Below are positions 18,075 to 27,670 of a stretch of DNA of 64,000 nucleotides, in pieces. This stretch comes from Clostridia bacterium. GTDB lineage: Bacteria; Bacillota; Clostridia; TANB77; CAG-508. The position numbers and the translations under genes are program-made. The stretch lies in NCBI GenBank assembly GCA_045643205.1, contig JAZUKI010000003.1, positions 190,732 to 254,731 on the forward strand, in the 5' to 3' direction. Every line of letters begins with the position of its first letter. The stretch's first letter is position 1. The notes beneath the pieces were generated by a model. It searched no databases and had not been told where the DNA came from. It saw only the letters and a program-made list of their open reading frames with translations.

Positions 18075-18620
18075 ATGTTACAATCATTTATTGTTACTGG
18101 AGCATCAGCTTCAGGAAAATCAACTTTAATTAATGAAGCTAGAAAAAATTATATTTATCTTCCAACTCACATGACTCGTGATTTAAGAAAAAATGAAGTA
18201 AATGGGATTGATGCAATTTTCATTAATGAGGAACAATTTATTAAAAACTTTAATGAAGGTATGTATTTAGAAGATTCTTTGGATTTTGCATTTGTTCATA
18301 GTTTAAGAAACTACTATGGTTCACCATCTATGTGGATTGAAAAACTTAAAGAAGATGGATATTGTGCTTCACCAGTTTCTATTGTCATTGCAGAGAAGAT
18401 TGTTAGTCTTTGTACTAATTTATGTTGGGTACATTTATATTGTCCTAATGAAATCCGGTATGAAAGATTAATTAACAGAGGTATTTCTCAAGAAGAAGCT
18501 AGTAGAAGAATGAATACTGGTGATTCAAGAAACATACCTCAAAAAGCAAATTTAGTTTTAGATACTTCAAAAAACAGCCCGGTAGAGATTCTTTCTAAGA
18601 TTAATAATTATAAAAAGTAA
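18075..18620 (+). CDS. Guanylate-kinase-like P-loop protein
   Basis: GASASGKST, THMTR..R.NEVNGID, YYG and RL..RG; AAGGAGG RBS supports the ATG at 18075. Confidence 0.8.
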   Translation: MLQSFIVTGASASGKSTLINEARKNYIYLPTHMTRDLRKNEVNGIDAIFINEEQFIKNFNEGMYLEDSLDFAFVHSLRNYYGSPSMWIEKLKEDGYCASPVSIVIAEKIVSLCTNLCWVHLYCPNEIRYERLINRGISQEEASRRMNTGDSRNIPQKANLVLDTSKNSPVEILSKINNYKK

Positions 18621-18632
18621 TCTCAAACCAAA

Positions 18633-18669
18633 ACAAAAAAGACTTTCATTTTTGAAAGTCTTTTTTGTT
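18633..18669. terminator. Bidirectional terminator
   Basis: AACAAAAAAGACTTTC-loop-GAAAGTCTTTTTTGTT between convergent units. Confidence 0.75.
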
Positions 18670-18672
18670 GTT

Positions 18673-18748
18673 TGGTTGCGGGGGTAAGACTCGAACTTAC
18701 GACCTCAGGGTTATGAGCCCTGCGAGCTGCCAACTGCTCCACCCCGCG
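18673..18748 (-). tRNA. tRNA-fMet (CAT), initiator type
   Basis: CGCGGGGTGGAGCAGTTGGCAGCTCGCAGGGCTCATAACCCTGAGGTCGTAAGTTCGAGTCTTACCCCCGCAACCA; C1:A72 mismatch, three G-C pairs in the anticodon stem, encoded CCA. Confidence 0.97.
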
Positions 18749-18920
18749 ATATATAAATGATTAAGTCAATCTCTTCAATCGACAAGCACTAGTATACACT
18801 CATTCGTTGTATTTGTCAACACTATTTACGCACTAAATACTATGAAAAGAGCCTGCTTTTGAAGTGAACTTCATTTAGTTCATTTAAAGCAGACTCTTTC
18901 TTTGTTTATATCATCAACAA

Positions 18921-19526
18921 TTATTGTTGTGGTGGTACGTTTCCTGGATTTTGTGGTTGTTGTGGTTGTGGTGCTTGATATTGTTGGAATGTACCTTGTG
19001 GGTTAACTGGTTGTGCAGGTTGTTGATAGTTTTGTTGTGGTTGGTATGGTGGTTGATATGGTGCTTGATATTGTGGTTGGTAAGAAATACCCCATGATTT
19101 TCCAACATATCTTGCATTTCCCCATGCTAACATTGGATAGAATATAAGTGGTAATAAGATTAAACCAACTGCAAAACCACCTGATTTTCCATATGATCTA
19201 GCCATGTAAATTCCTAAGATGATAAGAAATACAATTACACCGAAAGGAATTAAGTTTATAAACCACATAGCTTTTGGAATACCGCAAATTTCTAGTAAAC
19301 AAATTTCATTGTGTACAGGTATAAGTCCATCTATACCTTCTTTTCCAGCCTTTTTTAAAATTGACCAATAAGAAGCGTATAAAAGTACGATTGAAATTAA
19401 TGCAAAAATCATTATAAAAATAATTAGTCCCCAAAATGCTGCTAATATATTTCCTACAAAAGCAGATGAATATGATGGAAATGATGAGTATGTTGAGTAT
19501 GTTGAATATAAAGTTAATAAATCCAT
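18921..19526 (-). CDS. DUF5684-like membrane protein with a Q/P-rich tail
   Basis: W.ILKKAGKEG...LIP.HN and ARSYGKSGGFAVGLILLP motifs. Confidence 0.75.
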   Translation of the reverse strand: MDLLTLYSTYSTYSSFPSYSSAFVGNILAAFWGLIIFIMIFALISIVLLYASYWSILKKAGKEGIDGLIPVHNEICLLEICGIPKAMWFINLIPFGVIVFLIILGIYMARSYGKSGGFAVGLILLPLIFYPMLAWGNARYVGKSWGISYQPQYQAPYQPPYQPQQNYQQPAQPVNPQGTFQQYQAPQPQQPQNPGNVPPQQ

Positions 19527-19644
19527 TTGATTTTCCTCCCTTATTAATAATGATATAATTATAAGATATTTAGGCTAAAAATTCAATAATTAATTTGGGA
19601 ATTAGTTTGAAATTTAAACAACTCTGTGTTATAAACACATTACC

Positions 19645-21636
19645 ATGGGTAAGAAATTATTAATTACAGAAAAACCTTCAGTTGCAATGGAATTTTCGAA
19701 GGTCATAGGTGAAAACTTTAATAGAAGTAATGGATACTTAGAATCTCAAAACTGGATTATTACTTGGTGCGTAGGTCATTTGGTTACAATGAGTTACCCA
19801 GAAAAGTATGATGAAAAACTTAAGTTTTGGCGATTAGATACATTACCTTTTATTCCTACTGAGTGGAAATATGAAGTTATTGAGAATGTTCAAAATCAAT
19901 TTAATGTTGTTCAAAAACTTATGCAAAGAGAAGACCTTGATGTTATATATAATGCAGGGGACTCTGGAAGAGAAGGAGAATATATTCAACGTTTGGTTCA
20001 AATGATGGCAAAGCCAAATCCTAAGGCTGAACGTAAGAGAGTTTGGATTGATTCTCAAACTGAGGAAGAAATAAAGCGTGGAATCGCTGAGGCGAAAGAT
20101 AATTCAGAATATGATAGTCTTGCCGACAGCGCTTATTTGCGTGCAAAAGAAGATTACTTAATTGGAATTAATTTTAGTAGAATGCTTTCTATCATTTATG
20201 GTAGAAAACTTGCTCAAGAAATAAATCAAGAGAAGGCATCTATTTCTGTAGGTCGTGTTATGACATGTGTTTTAGGAATGGTTGTTGAACGCGAAAGAGA
20301 AATAAGAAACTTTAAAAAGACTCCTTATTTCAAACTTGAGGCTTGTTTCGACGGATTTAAAGCAGAGTGGAGAGATAGCGAAAAATCACGTTTTCACGAA
20401 TCACCAAAGTTATATAATGATAATGGATTCAAGTCTGAAGATGATGTGAAAGAATTTATTTTATCATTAAAAGGTAAAGAGGCAATTGTTGAAGAAATAA
20501 AGAAAAGCAGTCAAAAAGAGAAAGCGCCTTTATTGTTCAACTTGGCTGAAATTCAAAATGAGTGTTCTAGAAGGTTTAAGATTTCTCCAGATGAAACTCT
20601 TGAAGTTATTCAAAATTTATATGAGAAGAAACTTGTAACCTATCCAAGAACAGATGCTAGAGTTCTATCAACAGCTGTAGCTAAAGTAATTAAGAATAAT
20701 TTGAATGGTATTGCTAAGGGATATAAAAATGAAGAAGTTCAGACTCTAATTAAGCATATGTCAGAAAGAAAATATTCTTTAGATATAGTTAAAACAAAGT
20801 ATGTTGATGATAAGAAAATAACAGACCACTATGCAATTATTCCAACAGGACAAGGTTTTGAAAACTTTGAAAAGTTACCTCAACTTCACAAAGATGTGTA
20901 TGATTTGATTGTTCATAGATTTTTAGCTATATTTTTCCCACCTGCAGCATTTAATAAACTTAATATTACTATGGATATTGATGGGAAAAAGTTCTTTGCT
21001 AATGCAAGAGAATGCACAGATGAGGGTTACATGGAGGCTTGGAAAAAGTCTGCTAAGCCAAAAAAAGATGAGTCAGAGGAAAAAAATGAGAAAACAGTGG
21101 ATTCTGGAACTCAAAATCAAGATTCTGATGAACAAAATTCAAATTCTGAATATGATGAGGAAAATCAAAATAATATTTTAAATATTAACTTGAAGAAGGG
21201 ACAAAAGTACTCTGTGTGCAATTATGAAATAAAACAGTCTGAAACAACCCCTCCAAATCGATATAATTCAGGATCAATGATACTTGCTATGGAAAATGCG
21301 GGTAAATTAATAGAAGATGAGGAACTTAGGGAGCAAATTAAGTCTGCTGGTATTGGAACTAGTGCTACAAGAGGTGGAATTATAGCAAAATTGGATAAAA
21401 TTCAATATATTGCGATAAATGGTAAGACTCAAATCATAACTCCTACACAAAAAGGTGAGTATATATATGATATTGTTAAAATTGCTATGCCAGATCTTCT
21501 AAATCCAGAGTTGACAGCAAGCTGGGAAAAAGGCCTAGATATGGTTGCTAAAAAGGAGATTCAGCCTGATGTTTTTATGAATAAATTGACCGATTATATC
21601 AACAAGAAATTTGACAAATTGGTGATAAAAAGGTAA
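19645..21636 (+). CDS. topB: DNA topoisomerase III (type IA)
   Basis: ITEKPSVA, TWCVGHL, DSGREGE, SVGRV, TYPRTD, DHYAIIPT and GIGT.ATR motifs. Confidence 0.92.
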   Translation: MGKKLLITEKPSVAMEFSKVIGENFNRSNGYLESQNWIITWCVGHLVTMSYPEKYDEKLKFWRLDTLPFIPTEWKYEVIENVQNQFNVVQKLMQREDLDVIYNAGDSGREGEYIQRLVQMMAKPNPKAERKRVWIDSQTEEEIKRGIAEAKDNSEYDSLADSAYLRAKEDYLIGINFSRMLSIIYGRKLAQEINQEKASISVGRVMTCVLGMVVEREREIRNFKKTPYFKLEACFDGFKAEWRDSEKSRFHESPKLYNDNGFKSEDDVKEFILSLKGKEAIVEEIKKSSQKEKAPLLFNLAEIQNECSRRFKISPDETLEVIQNLYEKKLVTYPRTDARVLSTAVAKVIKNNLNGIAKGYKNEEVQTLIKHMSERKYSLDIVKTKYVDDKKITDHYAIIPTGQGFENFEKLPQLHKDVYDLIVHRFLAIFFPPAAFNKLNITMDIDGKKFFANARECTDEGYMEAWKKSAKPKKDESEEKNEKTVDSGTQNQDSDEQNSNSEYDEENQNNILNINLKKGQKYSVCNYEIKQSETTPPNRYNSGSMILAMENAGKLIEDEELREQIKSAGIGTSATRGGIIAKLDKIQYIAINGKTQIITPTQKGEYIYDIVKIAMPDLLNPELTASWEKGLDMVAKKEIQPDVFMNKLTDYINKKFDKLVIKR

Positions 21637-21801
21637 AATAGAAGGTGTTGTATTAATTTTATGAAACACACTAAAGTTTTACGCAAATAAGACTTTTGAA
21701 TAAATGTAATATTACATTTGAGGGTTTCATCTTGAAAAGTTTATACATTTATTGATAAAATAAAAAAAGATTGATATTTACTCTAATTTTAGGAGGAAAA
21801 A

Positions 21802-22890
21802 TTGGTTAATATTAAAAAGAAAGTAGCAGTTAAAGCGAGAAAGGGCATTAAGTTCTTAGGCGTAATAGCTGTAGCCGCTATATTAATATTAGGTTTAATT
21901 GAGATTTCATACCGTCAAACATATTCAGTTTCACTTGATGGAGAAATTATTGGTTATACAAACGATAGAGTTGCACTTCAAAAGAGAATCAATGATTATC
22001 TAAATTCAGGTAATGGAAAGGATATCGCTTTTGTTGAATTACCTACAATGCCTACTTATGAAGCGGTATTACTTAAGAAAAACGTTGAAACTAATGATGA
22101 CGAGATATTTAAAAAGATAGCTTCAAAGGGAACAGCATATTACAGATACTATGCAATTGTTGCTGATGGAACTGAGAAGGCTTATGTTTCAAGTTTTGAT
22201 GAGGCTGAAGAAGTTGTAAAAAAATTGAAAGATAAGAATAGTTCTAACAAAGATAAGCTTGGAATTGTTGAAAAATATAATTCAAAGCCAGTTACAGAAA
22301 CACGTATTGCTGTTAATGATGAAGGAAAAGTTAATGATGTAAATCAAGATGAGTTAACTGATGAGGACAAAACAGGTTCTACAGAAGTTAAACTTGCTAC
22401 AGTTGATGAGGCTGTTGATAAAACATATGTAAAGAAAGTTACTCAAAATTACACATCTTATCAATATATTGGAACTCAAATTTATGCTTCAACACAATAT
22501 TCTACAAATTTAGGATTTTCTTTAATTCAACCAGTTAGTGGTGTTATCACATCAAGATTTGGATGGAGATCAAGAGATAATCATAAAGGATTAGATATTG
22601 GTACACCTACAGGAACTGCAATTAAGGCAGCTCACTCAGGTACAGTTACTTTAGCTTCTTGGTATTATGGCTATGGTAATTGCGTTGATATTAAGAGTGA
22701 TGTAAATTCAAGTGTTTCTACAAGATATGGTCACTGCAGTAAACTATATGTTAAACCAGGACAACATGTAGAACAAGGACAAGTTATTGCAGCAGTTGGT
22801 TCAACAGGTATTTCTACTGGACCACACTTACACTTTGAGGTTCAAATCAATGGAGCTCAAACAGATCCACAAAATTACATATACAAGTAA
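21802..22890 (+). CDS. M23-family peptidoglycan endopeptidase
   Basis: HKGLD, YGH and TGPHLHFEV; N-terminal TM helix; TTG start with AGGAGG. Confidence 0.9.
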   Translation: MVNIKKKVAVKARKGIKFLGVIAVAAILILGLIEISYRQTYSVSLDGEIIGYTNDRVALQKRINDYLNSGNGKDIAFVELPTMPTYEAVLLKKNVETNDDEIFKKIASKGTAYYRYYAIVADGTEKAYVSSFDEAEEVVKKLKDKNSSNKDKLGIVEKYNSKPVTETRIAVNDEGKVNDVNQDELTDEDKTGSTEVKLATVDEAVDKTYVKKVTQNYTSYQYIGTQIYASTQYSTNLGFSLIQPVSGVITSRFGWRSRDNHKGLDIGTPTGTAIKAAHSGTVTLASWYYGYGNCVDIKSDVNSSVSTRYGHCSKLYVKPGQHVEQGQVIAAVGSTGISTGPHLHFEVQINGAQTDPQNYIYK

Positions 22891-23009
22891 TCTATTGACA
22901 AGAGAAACTTTAAGATGTTATAATGGCACAGTATTTGAAAGATTTTGACTAGTTAATAGCTCGAAAATCCCATACAATAGTTTGTAACTGTGGAAGGAGG
23001 GGATAAAAG

Positions 23010-23180
23010 ATGCCAGAAATAAAAGTAGTTAATGGAAATATAGAAGATGCTTTAAGAAAACTTAAAAGAGAAAACGCTAGAAATAACTTATTACAAGAGG
23101 TTAGAAAAAGAGAATGCTATGAAAAACCTAGCGTAAAAAGAAAGAAAAAATCAGAGGCTGCAAGAAAAAGAAAGTTCTAA
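23010..23180 (+). CDS. rpsU: 30S ribosomal protein bS21
   Basis: Not in the ORF track; translates to [56 protein letters not shown]; AAGGAGG RBS. Confidence 0.95.
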   Translation: MPEIKVVNGNIEDALRKLKRENARNNLLQEVRKRECYEKPSVKRKKKSEAARKRKF

Positions 23181-23240
23181 GCCCTTGAAAGCTTTTAAGT
23201 AAATCGAATAACGAATAGTTATTGACAAGTTAAAAATACT

Positions 23241-23270
23241 AGAGGGTGCTATCTCAGCACTCTCTTTTTT
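23241..23270 (+). terminator. Intrinsic terminator after rpsU
   Basis: AGAGGGTGCT-loop-AGCACTCTCT followed by a T run. Confidence 0.75.
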
Positions 23271-23376
23271 ATTTTAATTTTTACTGTTATTTCAATTTAC
23301 TTTTAATCTATTTTTCATGTTAATATTAATATTATTTTTATAACAATAATTATATACTCAAGCGAAAGGAAAACGT

Positions 23377-24600
23377 ATGAATATAAATAGAATTGAATCA
23401 AAAAAATATGTTACTAATGCAATTGCTATTTATTTAACAACTGCACTTGATAAAGAAACAATGACAATGAATTCTTTAATTCCAGAAATTTTAATAAGGG
23501 GTTCAGAAAATTGTAAGACACAATTAGATATTGCTAAAAAATTAGAAGATATGTATGGTGCTACTTTGAATTTTTCAAGAGAAAAAGTTGGAAACTTCTA
23601 TGTTATGAAGTTCTTTATAAATACTCTTGAAAATAAGTATTTGCCTGAAAAAATAAATTTAGCACAAGAAGGAATTAATTTATTAGCTGATATTATTTTT
23701 AATCCATTGAAAGAGAATGGAGCTTTTAATGCGACTTACGTAGAGCAAGAAAAAGAAAATATGAAGAAAGAAATTGAGTCAAGAAAAGATGATAAGGATG
23801 CATATGCATATTCTAGAGCTTTGGAGGAACTATTAGAGGACGATCCTTATGGTGCTTTTATTTATGGCGATTTGGAACATCTAGAAAAAATTGATAGCAA
23901 AAATTTATATGAATATTATCAAAAATTATTGAGTGAATGTAAAATAGATATTTTTGTAAATGGCTTTGATGCGAACGATATTACTTTACCTGAAGACATT
24001 GAAAAATATGGAAATGCCGAATTTGCAAAATTAAGTGATGAAGTTAAAAATAAACTTTTAAAACAATATGAAGAACCTAAAAAGGTTGTAGATATACTAG
24101 ATGTAACACAAGGAAAATTAGACATTGGGTTAAGAGTTCCTGCAGAAGATAAGTATGCAATTTTAGTATACAATGAAGTGCTAGGCGGAGATGCAAATTC
24201 AAAATTATTTCAAAATGTAAGAGAAAAAAATGGCTTAGCATATACTGTAAAATCAACGTATGCAAAAAACAATAACTACATTATGATTAGAACAGGAATT
24301 CAGTTGGAAAACTATGATAAGTGTTTGAAAGTAATTGAAGAGCAACTTGATGATATGAAGAATGGAAAGATTACTGATAAGGAATTAACTGATGCGAAAG
24401 AGTGCTTATATGCGGCGCTTAGAGCTATTGATGAGAGCCAACTTTCGACAATTAATTATGAGTATGCGAGAGAAACTTTAGCAGATGATGATTCGGTTGA
24501 TGAGAAGAAAAAGAAAATCGAAAACGTAACAATTGATGATGTTGTTAGAGTTGCAAATGGTGTTTCGATGAATCTTATTTATTACTTAAAAAATGCTTAA
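23377..24600 (+). CDS. M16 peptidase-like non-catalytic subunit (YmfF-like)
   Basis: LEDMYGA and LGG..NSKLFQNVREK.GLAY; no HxxEH motif. Confidence 0.85.
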   Translation: MNINRIESKKYVTNAIAIYLTTALDKETMTMNSLIPEILIRGSENCKTQLDIAKKLEDMYGATLNFSREKVGNFYVMKFFINTLENKYLPEKINLAQEGINLLADIIFNPLKENGAFNATYVEQEKENMKKEIESRKDDKDAYAYSRALEELLEDDPYGAFIYGDLEHLEKIDSKNLYEYYQKLLSECKIDIFVNGFDANDITLPEDIEKYGNAEFAKLSDEVKNKLLKQYEEPKKVVDILDVTQGKLDIGLRVPAEDKYAILVYNEVLGGDANSKLFQNVREKNGLAYTVKSTYAKNNNYIMIRTGIQLENYDKCLKVIEEQLDDMKNGKITDKELTDAKECLYAALRAIDESQLSTINYEYARETLADDDSVDEKKKKIENVTIDDVVRVANGVSMNLIYYLKNA

Positions 24601-24696
24601 TAAAATTGAGTGTTACATTTATTAGCTAAAATTAATTAATAAAATTGAGCGTTATATTTATTAGCTAAAATTAATTAATAAAATTAAGCGTTATAT
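24597..24696. repeat. Tandem 39-bp repeat, about 2.5 copies
   Basis: TTAATAAAATTGAG(T/C)GTTA(C/T)ATTTATTAGCTAAAATTAA at 24597 and 24636, partial at 24675. Confidence 0.85.
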
Positions 24697-24737
24697 AAAA
24701 TAGATTATTGCATAGAGATACTAAATAAGGAGAAAAG

Positions 24738-26018
24738 ATGGAAGTAATTGAGAATAAAAAACTTGATGTTAAAGTTTATAAAGAAACATTAGATAATGGT
24801 TGCCAAGTTATTATTATTCCAAGAAAAGACAGAAAAAAGAAATATATTATTTGGGCAACAAAGTATGGATCAATTGATAGCAATTTTATTGATCCTGTTA
24901 CAAACCAAGAAATACATGTTCCAGATGGCGTTGCACATTATCTTGAGCATAAAATGTTTGAACAAGAGAATGGCGTTGATAGTTTGTATAAAATGATGAG
25001 TTTAGGATTAAATGCAAATGCTTATACAACAACTGATCACACAGCATATTTGTTTTCTTGTTCTGAAAATTTTTATGAAGGATTGGATGAATTGATGGAT
25101 TATTTTCAACATCCTTATTTTACAGATGAGAATGTTGAAAAAGAGAGAGGAATTATTGGACAAGAAATTCAAATGTATGATGATGATCCTGAATGGAGTT
25201 TATATATTAATACATTGAGATGCTTGTATAAAAACAATCCTGTAAGACTTGATACTGCAGGAACTATAGAAACAATTAGTCATATAACAAAAGAAACTTT
25301 ATATAGTTGTTACAATACTTTTTATCATCCATCAAACACTATAATGTGTGTATGCGGAGACTTTGAACCTGAAAATTTACTAGAAGAAATTAAGAAAAGA
25401 ATGATTCCTCGCGAAAAACAAAATGAGATAAAAAGAATTTATCCTGAATATGAAAATAACATTTATCAAAAACATATTGAAGCTAAAAAAGATGTTAATA
25501 TGCCAATTTTTATGGCAGGATACAGAGATTTTTCAAAGACTGAGATAAATGGGAATAGTTTCGAAAAAGCTAAAAGAGACATTGCTATAAAAATGATTTT
25601 AGATATGCTTGTTGGTGAATGTTCTGACGTTTATCAAAAATTGTACAATGAAGGTTTGGTAAAAACTGCGTTTCAATATGCTAATGAAACATCAAATGAA
25701 TTTGCTCATATCATTATAGAAGGAGAATCAAAGGAACCTGAAAATGTTTACGAACAACTTGTAACTGCATTGCAAGATAATCAATTTACAGAAGCGGACT
25801 TTGAGCGAACAAAAAAGAAAGCTTATGGTGAAAATATATATGATTATGATGATGTTGTTGCAATTGGCAGAACATATATAAACACATCAATTCAAGGAAT
25901 TGATGCATTAGATTATATAGAAGCATTAAATAAAATTGATTTTAAATATGTTCAAGCAGTAAGAAAAGAAGTGTTTGTAAAAGAAAAAGCTGTTTTATCA
26001 GTAGTAAAACCAAGCTAA
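24738..26018 (+). CDS. M16 zinc peptidase (YmfH-like)
   Basis: PDGVAHYLEHKMFE (HxxEH), NAYT and EKERGIIGQEI. Confidence 0.92.
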   Translation: MEVIENKKLDVKVYKETLDNGCQVIIIPRKDRKKKYIIWATKYGSIDSNFIDPVTNQEIHVPDGVAHYLEHKMFEQENGVDSLYKMMSLGLNANAYTTTDHTAYLFSCSENFYEGLDELMDYFQHPYFTDENVEKERGIIGQEIQMYDDDPEWSLYINTLRCLYKNNPVRLDTAGTIETISHITKETLYSCYNTFYHPSNTIMCVCGDFEPENLLEEIKKRMIPREKQNEIKRIYPEYENNIYQKHIEAKKDVNMPIFMAGYRDFSKTEINGNSFEKAKRDIAIKMILDMLVGECSDVYQKLYNEGLVKTAFQYANETSNEFAHIIIEGESKEPENVYEQLVTALQDNQFTEADFERTKKKAYGENIYDYDDVVAIGRTYINTSIQGIDALDYIEALNKIDFKYVQAVRKEVFVKEKAVLSVVKPS

Positions 26019-26139
26019 AAACTATCTTATTAGGTCAAAAATAGCTTGTTAATATATATTGATAGAAGCTAAAATGGGCTAAGAAACTGAAAAAACAAGA
26101 GTTGAAGAAAAAAGACTTATAGGAAAAAACAGATAAAAA

Positions 26140-26255
26140 TTGATTTTTTACCCAAAATGTGGTAAAATAAAAGTGCGATGATTAATTAGAAAGGCTTTAT
26201 ATTTCAAAATTGTAATTTTAAATGTATTGCAAATTGAAAAAAAACTTTCTATAAT
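26140..26255 (+). promoter_or_regulatory. Two tandem sigma-A-like promoters upstream of the first pilin
   Basis: TTGATT-N17-TAAAAT (26140-26168) and TTGCAA-N17-TATAAT (26227-26255). Confidence 0.5.
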
Positions 26256-26305
26256 CAAAGATGTAAATATTTTATAATAAATTTATTATTAAAAGGAGAA
26301 TAATT

Positions 26306-26665
26306 ATGAAAACAAAAACAATCATGAAAATATTAACAGTTGTTATGATGATAGCTATGATTGCTACAATGAGCACAGTAGTATTTGCTGACATGAATAT
26401 TCCAACAGCATCAGGAGATGTTCCTTCAGGATTAAGTAATGCAGCAGGAGTAGTTATTACTGTAGTACAATTTATATGCTATGCAGCAGCAGTAGTAATG
26501 CTTATGATATTAGGTGTTAAATTTATTTCTGCATCTCCAGATGGAAAAGCTGAAATTAAAAAATCTGCAGTTATCTATGTAATAGGTGCATTATTAGTAT
26601 TCTTTGCAGGATTAATCTTAGGCTGGATTAAAGATATAAACTTTACTTCAGCTTCAGGTAAATAA
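26306..26665 (+). CDS. TrbC/VirB2-like pilin
   Basis: Signal peptide ending VFA; two hydrophobic helices linked by GVKFISASPDGKAEIKK; followed by its own terminator. Confidence 0.8.
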   Translation: MKTKTIMKILTVVMMIAMIATMSTVVFADMNIPTASGDVPSGLSNAAGVVITVVQFICYAAAVVMLMILGVKFISASPDGKAEIKKSAVIYVIGALLVFFAGLILGWIKDINFTSASGK

Positions 26666-26694
26666 TAAGAAAAAATTTGAAAATGTAAATTAAT

Positions 26695-26733
26695 TAAAAA
26701 ATCTTAATGTTAGAGATAGCATTAAGATTTTTT
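26695..26733 (+). terminator. Intrinsic terminator after the pilin
   Basis: AAAAAATCTTAATGTTA-GAGA-TAGCATTAAGATTTTTT. Confidence 0.75.
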
Positions 26734-26857
26734 TACTTTTTATATTTCAAAAAGATTACAAATAAACTACATTTAAGTAATAAAATTGAATAGCAAATTA
26801 CTGTTATAGTATATTTATATATGTAATTAATTAGATTATTTTAAGGAGAAAAAATTA

Positions 26858-27667
26858 ATGGAAGGAATGCAAAATAATAATCAACAATTTGGAAACAAAT
26901 CAACTCCAGAACAATATATGATGGCTCAAAAACAAGCATATATGCAAAGAATGAGACAACAATATTTATATCAACAAAAGATGATGCAACAAAGAATGGC
27001 TACACCATCTCAACAAGGTTTTATTAAACAAACAATGCAAAGCCCACAACAAGTTGCAAATCAAATGAGTAATAAAAGTGTAAATCCTATGCAAAATAGA
27101 AACATAGGACCTGTTAATCAACCAATTAATAATTCTCCAGAATATAATTTTTATAAATTTAATCAAAATCAACAACCAATAAAACAAGATGATTTTGCAA
27201 ACAAAAGTCAAGTAAAGATTCAATGGAAATTTGATGAAGGTACAAAAGTAGAACCACAACAATCAGCACAACAACATATGCAACAAATGGCTCAACCAAT
27301 GCAACAACCTGTACAACAAATGGCTCAACCAGTGCAACAACCTGTACAACAAGTAGCTCAAACAGTACAACCAATACCACAACAGCAAGTACAACAAAAT
27401 CAACAACCAATACAAGAAAATGCACAAAATCAAATTGAAGAAGATGAATTAAAAGATTTAAAAATAGAATATGAAGGTCAAATAGTTGATTTAGAATCAA
27501 TGTCAATTGAAGAAACAAAAAAATTCAGAGACAAACTAGAAAAAGATAGAGAAGAAGTAATTGCAAAGTTAAACATGATTTTAGCTAGAGATCCAAATCT
27601 AAACCCAGTTAGACTTGAAGATTTTCCATATTATGCAATGCTCAAAAAAATTCAAAAAGGAGTGTAA
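26858..27667 (+). CDS. Q/P-rich low-complexity hypothetical protein
   Basis: QQMAQPVQQPV repeats; short helical C-terminal domain; AAGGAG RBS. Confidence 0.75.
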   Translation: MEGMQNNNQQFGNKSTPEQYMMAQKQAYMQRMRQQYLYQQKMMQQRMATPSQQGFIKQTMQSPQQVANQMSNKSVNPMQNRNIGPVNQPINNSPEYNFYKFNQNQQPIKQDDFANKSQVKIQWKFDEGTKVEPQQSAQQHMQQMAQPMQQPVQQMAQPVQQPVQQVAQTVQPIPQQQVQQNQQPIQENAQNQIEEDELKDLKIEYEGQIVDLESMSIEETKKFRDKLEKDREEVIAKLNMILARDPNLNPVRLEDFPYYAMLKKIQKGV

Positions 27668-27670
27668 AAG

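Noticed and set aside
11726-18748. A discrete tRNA-anchored genomic island
   Set aside because: The gene content looks accessory, but I found no integrase and no direct repeat of the tRNA 3' end, so boundaries cannot be supported.
19645-21636. topB (and ssb at 57651) as mobile-element accessory genes
   Set aside because: Both are separated from the locus by core genes, and ssb is the chromosomal clostridial tandem-OB type.
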